From Pontiella sp. (GTDB taxonomy: Bacteria; Verrucomicrobiota; Kiritimatiellia; Kiritimatiellales; Pontiellaceae): a DNA stretch of 64,000 nt. A program made the position numbers and the translations under genes. Under the pieces are notes generated by a model. The model did not search any database. It had not been told where the DNA came from and saw only the letters and a list, made by a program, of their open reading frames with translations. The stretch is taken from assembly GCA_050290185.1 (NCBI GenBank), contig JBNKHE010000001.1, positions 386,713 through 450,712 of the forward strand, read 5' to 3'. Of the stretch, positions 51,657 to 60,470 are shown piece after piece (positions within the stretch are counted from its first letter, which is position 1; every line of letters starts with the position of its first letter).

Positions 51657-51762
51657 CGAAACGTGAAAATTTTTACAGGTGGAGAACATATGAAAAGAAT
51701 AATCACGACTCAACCGTCACTCATCACGAACCTAAAACCTAATACTTAGCACTTAATACTGA
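51657..51762. repeat. Degenerate heptamer-repeat intergenic element
   Basis: TCACGAC TCAACCG TCACTCA TCACGAA followed by CCTAAAA CCTAATA CTTAGCA CTTAATA. Confidence 0.45.
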
Positions 51763-51772
51763 ACACTCCCCT

Positions 51773-52597
51773 ATGAAATCCTACATCCATACCCACTATC
51801 TGGATCTTGTGAACCTCTGCAAGATATACCCCACCAAGAAGGGGCCGTTCACCGTTCTGGAAGAATTCAATCTCCAGGTGGTCGAAGGCGAGTTTGTCTG
51901 CCTCATCGGCCACAGCGGTTGCGGCAAGTCCACCATCCTCACGATGGTGGCCGGACTGAACGAAATCAGCAAAGGCAATGTATCCCTGGCCGGACATGAA
52001 ATCGATGGCGCCGGCCCCGAACGCGCCGTGGTCTTCCAGTCCCCCAGTCTGTTGCCCTGGCTGACGGCCTACGAAAATGTCATGCTCGGCGTGAAGCAGG
52101 CGTTTTCCGATGCGACCAAGAAACAGCGCGACCAGATCGTGCGCTACTATCTCGAATCGGTCGGGCTCGGCGATAACATGGACAAGAAGCCCACCGAACT
52201 TTCGCAGGGCATGTGCCAGCGCGTCGGCATCGCTCGCGCCTTTGCCTTAAAACCCAAGCTGATGATCCTCGACGAACCGCTCGGCATGCTCGACGCGCTC
52301 ACCAAGCAGGAATTGCAGGATCTGTTCGTCAAGCTCCACGCCGAACACCAGCTTACCACCCTGATGGTGACCCATGATGTCGACGAGGCGCTCTACCTCT
52401 CCGATCGCGTCGTGATGATGACCAACGGACCGAATGCGACGCTCGGCGACATTCTCGAGAATACCCTGCCGCGCCCCCGCATCCGCGAAGAGATCATGGC
52501 CCACCCGGACTATTACAAACACCGCGATTACCTCATCGATTTTCTGGAAGATCAGGATCATCAGGCTGAGTTGAAAAAAACCGGAACCGAAGACTAA
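51773..52597 (+). CDS. nrtD: Nitrate ABC ATP-binding protein
   Basis: IGHSGCGKST, LSQGMCQRVG, LDEP, VTHDVDEA, MMTNGP. Confidence 0.9.
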   Translation: MKSYIHTHYLDLVNLCKIYPTKKGPFTVLEEFNLQVVEGEFVCLIGHSGCGKSTILTMVAGLNEISKGNVSLAGHEIDGAGPERAVVFQSPSLLPWLTAYENVMLGVKQAFSDATKKQRDQIVRYYLESVGLGDNMDKKPTELSQGMCQRVGIARAFALKPKLMILDEPLGMLDALTKQELQDLFVKLHAEHQLTTLMVTHDVDEALYLSDRVVMMTNGPNATLGDILENTLPRPRIREEIMAHPDYYKHRDYLIDFLEDQDHQAELKKTGTED

Positions 52598-52626
52598 CAC
52601 GTTCAAACCAAAGGAGAACCTAACCA

Positions 52627-53856
52627 ATGAATACCAAAACCCGCATCGTAATTGCTGCAGCAACTCTTGGACTGGCATCTGCCGGACACGCCGAAAACGG
52701 CGTTGAGTTGTTCCAGAGCATCATGTCGCAGACCAACAACACGCTTATTCCAATGCTGGATTGGCGCGCCCGTTATGAATATGGCGACCAGGACAATCTC
52801 GAATCCGCGCATGCCGCTACACTGCGGGCCCGCATAGGATTGCAGTCGCAGGACTACAGCGGATTCAGCGGACTCGTTGAATTCGAGGCCACCCGGGCCA
52901 TCGACTCGACGGGCTACCGCGCCGCCAACGTGCATGGCGATCCGGCCAGGACCGTCATTGCCGATCCGGAAAGTACGGAACTCAACCGCGCCCAGCTGCA
53001 GTTCAGCCGCAACAACAACCTGCTGATCGGTGGCCGCCAGCGCATCATCCTCGACAATGCCCGCTTCATCGGAAACGTCGGCTGGAGACAGAACGAACAG
53101 ACCTATGACGGGGTGTCCTACAAAAACACCATGGTTGAAGATCTGTCGTTGTACTATGCCTATCTATCCCGCGTGAACCGCATCTTCGGATCCGATGCAC
53201 CCAAGGGCACGGGCACGGACGATTTCGATTCTGATTCGCAGTTGATCAACGTGGCCTACAGCGGACTCGAAGGGCAGAAGCTCGCCGCCTATGCCTACCT
53301 GCTCGACTTCGACAACTCCGCCGCCAACTCCTGCAACACGTACGGCATCAGCTATGCCATAAAAGGCAAGGTGGCCGAGGATTACGCGCTCAACGGGTAT
53401 GCTGAGTTTGCCTACCAGGAAGGCGCTGGAGACAACATCGATTATTCCGCTCCCTACCTGCACCTGAACGGAAAGGTTGCCCGCAAGGGCTATTTCGCCC
53501 TGCTGGGATACGAACTGCTCGGCTCCGACGACGGCATGATCGGCTTCAAAACGCCGCTGGCTACCGCACATGCGTTCAACGGCTGGAACGACCAGTTCCT
53601 GGGAACGCCGGCGAATGGCCTGCAGGATCTCTACCTCGGGTTCGGCCTTCCCGTACCGAAGGTTCCGGTGAAGTTCTTCTACCACAAGTTTTCCTCGGAT
53701 GAAAATTCCATGGACTACGGGCAGGAATTCGATGCCGTGGCGGTGCATAAGATCAGCCCGAAAATGAAGGCCATTGCCAAGGCTTCCTACTACGATGCGG
53801 ACGAATTCAGCGTCAACCGCACCCGTTTTTCAGTGGAACTGGATTATAAATATTAA
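52627..53856 (+). CDS. Alginate-export-family outer-membrane beta-barrel (putative nitrate porin)
   Basis: Signal peptide; GRQRIILDNARFIGNVGWRQNEQTYD; FKTPLATAHAFNGW; C-terminal aromatic residue (DYKY). Confidence 0.8.
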   Translation: MNTKTRIVIAAATLGLASAGHAENGVELFQSIMSQTNNTLIPMLDWRARYEYGDQDNLESAHAATLRARIGLQSQDYSGFSGLVEFEATRAIDSTGYRAANVHGDPARTVIADPESTELNRAQLQFSRNNNLLIGGRQRIILDNARFIGNVGWRQNEQTYDGVSYKNTMVEDLSLYYAYLSRVNRIFGSDAPKGTGTDDFDSDSQLINVAYSGLEGQKLAAYAYLLDFDNSAANSCNTYGISYAIKGKVAEDYALNGYAEFAYQEGAGDNIDYSAPYLHLNGKVARKGYFALLGYELLGSDDGMIGFKTPLATAHAFNGWNDQFLGTPANGLQDLYLGFGLPVPKVPVKFFYHKFSSDENSMDYGQEFDAVAVHKISPKMKAIAKASYYDADEFSVNRTRFSVELDYKY

Positions 53857-53874
53857 TCTCCTTCTAATCCACTC

Positions 53875-53902
53875 GGCCGGCGGCGAGGATGCGCCGCCGG
53901 CC
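53875..53902 (+). other. GC stem-loop after the porin gene
   Basis: GGCCGGCGGCG-AGGATG-CGCCGCCGGCC. Confidence 0.55.
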
Positions 53903-53923
53903 ACCTCTTAAAAACGGCAACCC

Positions 53924-55927
53924 ATGAAGAAAGATCCCATGGACACAGCATCCTCCCCCGCATCCGATCCAGTGATTGTCGTGGGCAACGGAATGGTCGG
54001 TCACCGCTTCTGCCGTTCCTTCAGAAACCTGGATACCGCCACACCCGTAATCGTGCTGGGCAAGGAACCCGAACCGGCCTACGACCGCGTCAACCTGACC
54101 AGGCTGGTGCTTGAACCGAAACGCGAATCCCTTTATCTCGACCCAACCGATTGGTACGCCGACCACAACATCGAGCTACGGCTGGGCGAATCGGCCGGGT
54201 CCGTCGATACCGCCGCAAGAACCGTAACCACGTCCAGCGGCGAAACCCTGAACTATGGCAAACTGGTCGTGGCCAGCGGCTCCACGCCGTGGATGCCGCC
54301 CATCCCCGGCGCGGATGGAGCTTCCGTTTTTCCCTACCGCACCATGGAGGACATCGACAACATCCGGCAGGCCGCCGCATCCGGGCGAAGCGCCGCGGTG
54401 ATCGGCGGAGGCCTCCTGGGGCTCGAAGCCGCCGAAGCGCTTCAGCAACTGGGGCTCACCGTCCACGTTTTGGAAATCGCCGACTATCTCATGCCGCAAC
54501 AGCTCGATGCCGAAGGCGGCATTATGCTCAAGGAAGAGATTTCCCTGATGGGCATCTATGTCCGCACCCGCTGCCAGACCCTGGAAATCGTCGACCTCAA
54601 CGGTCGCAAGGAACTGCGCTTTGCCGACGGTTCGGCACTGCAGTGCGACTTTGTTGTGATCTCCGCCGGCATTCGACCGGAAACCGCCTTTCTCAACCAC
54701 ACCCCGCTGGAACGCAATCCCAACAACGCCATTGTCGTCAACGAGGGCATGGAAACCAGCGCCCCCCACGTGTACGCCATCGGCGAATGCGCCACCTTCA
54801 AAGGCACCGTCTACGGACTGGTCGCCCCCGGCTATCAGATGGCCGATACCCTGGCCAGCCGCCTATCGGATGCCAAAGCCTCCTTCACGGGAACCGATCT
54901 CAGCGCCCGACTCAAGGTCATGGATGTTCCGGTGGCGGCACTGGGCGACTACCACCAGGCCGAAGCCGTCTCGCAAACCCTCGTCTACTCGAAGATCGGG
55001 CCAAGATCGACCTCCTGCTACCGCAAACTGATCCTCTGCAAACGGCGCGTCATCGGCATCATGGCGGTAGGCCGGTGGGATAATCTTCCGGCCATCGAGA
55101 ATGCGATGGCCTCCGGACTCAAACTTTCCTGGAAACAGCTTCGACACTTCGAGGAGTCCGGCGAACTCTTCACCGCTGGCAAGGATCCGGCCGTACTGCA
55201 CTGGTCGCCGGATACCAAGGTCTGCAACTGCATGATGGTCAAGAAGGCCACGCTGATCGAGGCCATCAATGAAGGCTGCAGAACAGTTGAAGATTTGCAG
55301 GCCCGCACCCTGGCAGGTACGGTCTGTGGCAGTTGCAAGCCGGTGCTGGGCGATCTCGTGGGAGCGCCTTCCCTGCCGGTCCGGATGCCCAAGTCGGCCA
55401 TTGCCGTACTGTCCTGCTCGCTTCTGTCCATGTTTGGTGTCTGCGCCACCGTGTTTGGTGCACCCATGACCTATGCCGACTCGGTCGAGGATTACTGGTA
55501 CCATGTCGACCAGCTGTGGCGGAGCGGCGTGTTGAAACAGATCTCCGGCTACACGCTGCTCGCGCTCTGCCTCTTTGCGTTATGGCTTTCCGTCCAGAAA
55601 CGCTTCGCGTCCCTGAAGCTTGGCAACTATTCCGTCTGGCGCGCCATCCACACGGCCACCGGACTGCTGACGCTGGGACTGCTTTTCGTACACACCGGCT
55701 TCCACCTCGGTGCCAACTTCAATTCATGGCTCATGCTCACCTTCGCCCTGCTCAATCTGGTGGGCGGCGTGTCCGGTGTTTTCAGCGGATTGGAAACGAA
55801 GACGGATTCGGGTATCGGCCTATTGAGCCGTCGTCTCAAGCCGGTCGCGACCTGGGCGCACATCCTTCTCTTCTGGCCCATTCCGACCCTCGTGATGTTC
55901 CACATAATTTCGGTGTACTACTGGTGA
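53924..55927 (+). CDS. NirB/NasB-like NAD(P)H:FAD oxidoreductase fused to a BFD [2Fe-2S] domain and a putative di-heme-b membrane domain
   Basis: VVGNGMVG, AYDR, GGGLLGLEAA, YAIGEC; CNC...CGSC; hydrophobic C-terminus with His576/His590 and His646/His660. No siroheme domain. Confidence 0.8.
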   Translation: MKKDPMDTASSPASDPVIVVGNGMVGHRFCRSFRNLDTATPVIVLGKEPEPAYDRVNLTRLVLEPKRESLYLDPTDWYADHNIELRLGESAGSVDTAARTVTTSSGETLNYGKLVVASGSTPWMPPIPGADGASVFPYRTMEDIDNIRQAAASGRSAAVIGGGLLGLEAAEALQQLGLTVHVLEIADYLMPQQLDAEGGIMLKEEISLMGIYVRTRCQTLEIVDLNGRKELRFADGSALQCDFVVISAGIRPETAFLNHTPLERNPNNAIVVNEGMETSAPHVYAIGECATFKGTVYGLVAPGYQMADTLASRLSDAKASFTGTDLSARLKVMDVPVAALGDYHQAEAVSQTLVYSKIGPRSTSCYRKLILCKRRVIGIMAVGRWDNLPAIENAMASGLKLSWKQLRHFEESGELFTAGKDPAVLHWSPDTKVCNCMMVKKATLIEAINEGCRTVEDLQARTLAGTVCGSCKPVLGDLVGAPSLPVRMPKSAIAVLSCSLLSMFGVCATVFGAPMTYADSVEDYWYHVDQLWRSGVLKQISGYTLLALCLFALWLSVQKRFASLKLGNYSVWRAIHTATGLLTLGLLFVHTGFHLGANFNSWLMLTFALLNLVGGVSGVFSGLETKTDSGIGLLSRRLKPVATWAHILLFWPIPTLVMFHIISVYYW

Positions 55928-55936
55928 TTTTTTCTC

Positions 55937-57310
55937 ATGGAATTGTTTAATAAGAAAGGATTGATCTGGATGGTCTGGATCGCCGCCAGCCTGGTCGGGA
56001 CCGGCATGCTCGCCCGCAAAATGTTTGCCGGCGAAGACAAGCGCATGTTCCTGCCCGGACAGACGACCGCCGGCCACTACCAGATCGAGCTGCGCTGCGA
56101 CGAATGCCATACGCCGGGCATGGGCGTAAAGCAGGATGCCTGCATCCGCTGCCATGGAGAGGAACTTAAAACCGCGCACGACTCCCATCCCAAGGCCAAG
56201 TTCGACGACCCCACCAAAACCTACCTCCTCAAGCAGATCAAGGCCGACGAATGCATCTCCTGCCACATCGAACACAACGCCGACACCACGCATCCCATGG
56301 GTGTGACCGTTCCGCTGAACTACTGCGCCTTCTGCCATCAGGAGGTGGGCGATAACCGTCCCTCGCACAAGGGACTCGGCTTCAAAACCTGCGCCACGGC
56401 GGGGTGCCACAACTTCCACGACAACCGCGCCCTCTACGAACGCTTCCTCCAGCAGCATGCCGATGAACCGGCCCTGCTGACCAACCAAGTAGCCCAAGTG
56501 CTCGATGAGCCGCGTAGTTTTGGCGATGCGCTAACCGTCGGCGATATGGATGCCCCCAAGAGCCACGAAGGAAACGAGTCTGTGCAGCAGGAATGGGCGG
56601 ACAGCGTCCATGCCAAGCAGGGGGTCAACTGCACCGCCTGCCACAACGTGCCCGACGACGCCGGAAACCTGGCCTGGACCGATCATCCGGCACCGGCCGC
56701 CTGTGCCGGTTGCCACAAGGAAAACACAGAGGGCTGGATGACCGGCCGCCACGGCATGCGCGTGGCCGAAGGGCTTTCGCCCATGACGCCCGCCATGGCC
56801 CGCCTGCCCATGCAACCGCATTCGCTGCACCGCGAACTCGATTGCTCTTCCTGCCACGGCGCGCACGGCTACGACACGCGCTACGCCGCAGTCGACGCCT
56901 GCCTGGAATGCCATGCGGACAAACACTCGCTGGCCTACAAGAACACGGCCCATTTTGATCGGTGGAAACAGGACGCGGACCATGGCGTCTCCTGCGCCAC
57001 CTGCCACATGCCGCGCATGGAAAACGAAGACGGTCGCGTCATCGTCCAGCACAACCAGAACGACAACCTGCGCCCCAACGAAAAGATGATCCGCAGTGTG
57101 TGCATGGATTGCCATGGCGTCGAATTCAGCCTGCAGGCACTGGCCGATCCGTCGATGGCGGACGCCTGCTACGAGGGACCACCCGCCGCCGACCTTGAGA
57201 CCATGGAGATGATCCGTACCCGCATGGTTGAGATTGAGGAACGAAGAAAACGCATCGCCGAACGGCAGGCGCAAGCACAGGCCAACGGCATCGATGAAGA
57301 CGATCTGTGA
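55937..57310 (+). CDS. Exported multiheme cytochrome c (10 CxxCH plus 1 CX4CH)
   Basis: CDECH, CIRCH, CISCH, CAFCH, CATAGCH, CTACH, CAGCH, CSSCH, CLECH, CATCH, CMDCH; N-terminal hydrophobic anchor or signal. Confidence 0.9.
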   Translation: MELFNKKGLIWMVWIAASLVGTGMLARKMFAGEDKRMFLPGQTTAGHYQIELRCDECHTPGMGVKQDACIRCHGEELKTAHDSHPKAKFDDPTKTYLLKQIKADECISCHIEHNADTTHPMGVTVPLNYCAFCHQEVGDNRPSHKGLGFKTCATAGCHNFHDNRALYERFLQQHADEPALLTNQVAQVLDEPRSFGDALTVGDMDAPKSHEGNESVQQEWADSVHAKQGVNCTACHNVPDDAGNLAWTDHPAPAACAGCHKENTEGWMTGRHGMRVAEGLSPMTPAMARLPMQPHSLHRELDCSSCHGAHGYDTRYAAVDACLECHADKHSLAYKNTAHFDRWKQDADHGVSCATCHMPRMENEDGRVIVQHNQNDNLRPNEKMIRSVCMDCHGVEFSLQALADPSMADACYEGPPAADLETMEMIRTRMVEIEERRKRIAERQAQAQANGIDEDDL

Positions 57311-57355
57311 ACGAGAAGGCGGCAAGTGCCGCAACTAACCAAAAGGAGCAAGAAA

Positions 57356-57955
57356 ATGAAGGCAATGAAATGGATCCCCGCAACCATGGCCGTAGGAACA
57401 ATCGCCTTGCTGGCAACCCAGACCGGCTGTGAGGAAAAGGCCAGCGCCTCGAGCGGCATCGATCCGAAGATCGTGGCCGACAGCCTGTTCACGGTCATGG
57501 AGGCCGACCGGGCATCGTACACCAAGCACGTCATCAAGCGCGTGAAGGCCGAGGGCGCGATTGACGCAAACGAATACTGGGAGGACAGCGGAAACAAAGA
57601 CCTGCCCCTGCCGGCCCAGATGTTCCGCATGGCCGCCGAGCGTGCCAAGGGTTCAAAGCACAACTCCGCCGGATTCTTCTACCAGCTGAAATCGCCCTGG
57701 CCCATTAACAAGCAGAACAAGCCCGTCACCGACGTGGAAAAGGAAGGATTCGACTTCATCGTGGCCAACAAAGGTGCTGAACCGTTCTATGCGGAGGAAA
57801 CGCTCGACGGCAAAAAATACTTCACGGCCATCTATGCCGATGTCGGTGTCTCCTCGGCCTGCATCAACTGCCACAACGCACATGCAGATACACCGAAGAG
57901 CGACTTTGCCTTGGGCGATGTCATGGGTGGTGTGGTGCTGCGATTCCCTATGTAA
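57356..57955 (+). CDS. DUF3365/Tll0287-like monoheme c lipoprotein
   Basis: Lipobox-like TQTGC; LPLPAQMFR; WPINKQN.P; ACINCHN; GDVMGGVV. Confidence 0.75.
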   Translation: MKAMKWIPATMAVGTIALLATQTGCEEKASASSGIDPKIVADSLFTVMEADRASYTKHVIKRVKAEGAIDANEYWEDSGNKDLPLPAQMFRMAAERAKGSKHNSAGFFYQLKSPWPINKQNKPVTDVEKEGFDFIVANKGAEPFYAEETLDGKKYFTAIYADVGVSSACINCHNAHADTPKSDFALGDVMGGVVLRFPM

Positions 57956-57980
57956 CCCCAATAAAGGAAAGGACAAAACA

Positions 57981-58441
57981 ATGATCAATCCATTCAAGAA
58001 AAAACCGAAACCCGAAGCACCTGCGGGACTGCCCAGCGAAGAACAGGTCAAGCTGGTCCAGGAGAGCTGGGCCATGGTCGAACCCATCGCGGATACGGCC
58101 GCCGAGCTGTTTTACGGCCGCCTCTTCGAGACCGCTCCCGAGGTCAAACCGCTTTTCTCGGGCGATATGAAGGCGCAGGGAAAGAAACTGATGTCCATGA
58201 TCACCGTGGCCGTCAAAGGGCTGTCCAACCTCGAAGCGATCGTGCCTGCCGTTCAGGATCTGGGAAAGCGGCATGTCGCATACAACGTTAAGGAAGAGCA
58301 CTACGCCGCCGTGGGTTCCAGTCTGCTATGGACCTTGGAACAGGGACTGGGAGATAAGTTCACTCCCGATACCAAAGAGGCATGGACCACGGTTTATGGC
58401 CTTCTCGCCACGACCATGATTGACGCCACCAAAACCGCTTA
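57981..58441 (+). CDS. Single-domain globin (flavohemoglobin-like globin family)
   Basis: VQESW, FYGRLFE.AP...PLF, QG.KL, LGKRH..Y.V..EHY..VG..LL.TL, AW..VY. Confidence 0.9.
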
Positions 58442-58465
58442 ACACGGGGTTTTTCGACGCTACAG

Positions 58466-58507
58466 GCAGCCATGGAAATCCAGATGGATCCCATGGCTGC
58501 TTTCGTT
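58466..58507 (+). terminator. Probable intrinsic terminator after the globin gene
   Basis: GCAGCCATGG...CCATGGCTGC followed by TTTCGTT. Confidence 0.6.
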
Positions 58508-58709
58508 CCTGTTATGAAGAAAGAGAATTTCCCGACCCCAGATTTGTAGATAAATACGATAATATATTACATATATGTCTACGACCGTTCACATTACCAG
58601 CTAGCTTCCTGACTGCCCCCAATAAAAACAGGAATGTTATTCATCATATAACGTTGCATTAAGGATAGTTATAAACACTGAACCCCCACTAAACCCCACT
58701 CTATTCGCT

Positions 58710-58725
58710 TGGTATGGTGTGTGCT
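58710..58725 (+). promoter_or_regulatory. Sigma54 promoter (Fe-S/DmsC fusion and second Mo enzyme)
   Basis: TGGTAT-GGTGT-GTGCT with correct GG/GC spacing. Confidence 0.65.
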
Positions 58726-58765
58726 AAAGTGCCCTCACTATATTTAGGACCAATTCGGTATTTAT

Positions 58766-60457
58766 ATGAATCTACCTACCAACACCAATAATGGATGCTG
58801 CGGTGGTGGTTGCTCGGGAAACAAACCCAAGGCGGAAACGCTTCCCAAGCCACGCAAGCGATCCCCTGTCGAGAAACCGGACATTGTCGGCTTTCGCACG
58901 GAAGGCCGCGAATCGCAAACCCGTTTCCACTTCCATATGGATCTGTGCATCGGCTGCCACGCCTGCGAAGTCGCCTGCGCCGAGCAGAACAACCTGCCCG
59001 CCGACACCCAGTGGCGCCGGGTCGGCGAGGTGCAATCCGGAACCTTCCCCGACACCCAAAGCTTTTTTCTTTCCAGCGGTTGCAACCACTGCCTTGACGC
59101 CGCCTGCGCCAAGGGGTGCCCGGTCGACGCCTACGAGGTGAACGATAAAGGCATCGTGATCCACAAGGACGACGTCTGCATCGGTTGCGGCTACTGCACC
59201 TGGAATTGCCCCTACGGCGTTCCAACCCTGCAGGAAGATCGCCGCATCGTGACCAAATGCGACCTGTGCCACAACCGCTTGGCGGACGGACAAGATCCCG
59301 CCTGCGTGGCCGCCTGCCCCGCCGGCGCAATCACGGTCGAGACAGTGCCGATCGAACAGATCTATGAGGAATACATGGAATCGGGAATCGGCCCCGACAT
59401 GCCGTCGCCAAACATCACCATTCCGTCCACCAAGATCACCCTGCCCAAAGGCATGGACGTGGAAGCCTTCACCAAGGTGGACCAGCCGTTCGTGAAACCC
59501 GAGCATCCGCATTCGCCGCTTATTGTAATGACGGTCCTGACCCAGCTCGGCTTCGGCGGTTTCTGCACGGTGTTCGTGGCGGACCTGATCCGCACCTTCT
59601 TCTTCGACACCGCAGCGCTCGGCAATGTGCTCGGCTGGCTGGCCCCCACCCTCATGGGCATTGTCGGTATGTCCCTGGCCGCATCGACCCTCCATCTGGG
59701 CCGGCCGATCTATGCCGGCCGCGCGCTCAAGGCCTGGAAGACATCCTGGCTGTCGCGCGAAGTGCTGGGCCTTTCCGCTTTCGCGGGCGCGGCCATGACC
59801 TATGCCGCGGTCCTGCTGGCAACGGAAGGATTCAAGCTGTTCGATGTCGGCCTCATCGGCGGCAATCTGGTTCGCTTGGCGATTGGTTCCGGCACCGTGG
59901 TCTGCGGCATTGCCGGCATCTACTGCAGCTCGATGCTCTACCGCGTCCCGGCCCGTCCGGCCTGGGACAGTCGGAAGACCACTATCGACTTCTTCGACGT
60001 CGCCGCGATGCTGGGACCCGTGGCTTTCATCGTCGCCGCCATGGTGGCCATTCTGATTGCCGGCCACCCGATCGGATTCCTGACGGGCGCCATGCAGGCC
60101 GCCGCACTGTTTGCCGCTCTGGCCTTCGTGTTCAAGCACACCAAGAATGCCTACATCATCAAGAAGTGGCTGGAGTCGGACACGCATGAGCTCAAGGCCA
60201 GCGCCGAAATGCGCATGAAAAACTTCTACCGCCTGCGCATGATCCGCAACACCATCGGCATCGCCGGAATGTTTGCGCTGATCCCCTTCATGGCCGAGAC
60301 TTCGCTGCCCGCCGGCGGCAAGCTGGCCATGGCCATGCTGGCCCTGTTGCTGTTCATGGCCGTCAGCTTCATCAATCGCTACATCTTCTTCGTCACCGTG
60401 GTGCCGCGCAACATTCCCGGCAACTACCTCGTCGCTTCCAAGAGCGAGGCGCATTAA
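58766..60457 (+). CDS. DmsB-like 4x[4Fe-4S] domain fused to a DmsC/YnfH-type membrane anchor
   Basis: CIGCHACEVAC, CNHCLDAACAKGCP, CIGCGYCTWNCP, CDLC..ACVAACP; L..TVLTQ, STLHLGRP, SWLSREV, RYIFF; about 8 TM segments. Confidence 0.88.
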   Translation: MNLPTNTNNGCCGGGCSGNKPKAETLPKPRKRSPVEKPDIVGFRTEGRESQTRFHFHMDLCIGCHACEVACAEQNNLPADTQWRRVGEVQSGTFPDTQSFFLSSGCNHCLDAACAKGCPVDAYEVNDKGIVIHKDDVCIGCGYCTWNCPYGVPTLQEDRRIVTKCDLCHNRLADGQDPACVAACPAGAITVETVPIEQIYEEYMESGIGPDMPSPNITIPSTKITLPKGMDVEAFTKVDQPFVKPEHPHSPLIVMTVLTQLGFGGFCTVFVADLIRTFFFDTAALGNVLGWLAPTLMGIVGMSLAASTLHLGRPIYAGRALKAWKTSWLSREVLGLSAFAGAAMTYAAVLLATEGFKLFDVGLIGGNLVRLAIGSGTVVCGIAGIYCSSMLYRVPARPAWDSRKTTIDFFDVAAMLGPVAFIVAAMVAILIAGHPIGFLTGAMQAAALFAALAFVFKHTKNAYIIKKWLESDTHELKASAEMRMKNFYRLRMIRNTIGIAGMFALIPFMAETSLPAGGKLAMAMLALLLFMAVSFINRYIFFVTVVPRNIPGNYLVASKSEAH

Positions 60458-60470
60458 ACTGGATTTTTCC

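Noticed and set aside
40181..51762. Short repeats as a CRISPR array
   Set aside because: They are degenerate 7-mers without unique spacers, and no cas genes are present.
53924..55927. Calling this gene nirB
   Set aside because: It lacks the siroheme/[4Fe-4S] catalytic domain and has a membrane domain instead.
55937..57310. Calling this gene nrfA or hao
   Set aside because: No CxxCK motif is present, and the heme count and spacing do not match pentaheme NrfA or octaheme HAO/ONR.
58940..59275. CIGCH and CDLCH as heme-c motifs
   Set aside because: They are part of DmsB-type [4Fe-4S] Cys motifs in a domain with no export signal.
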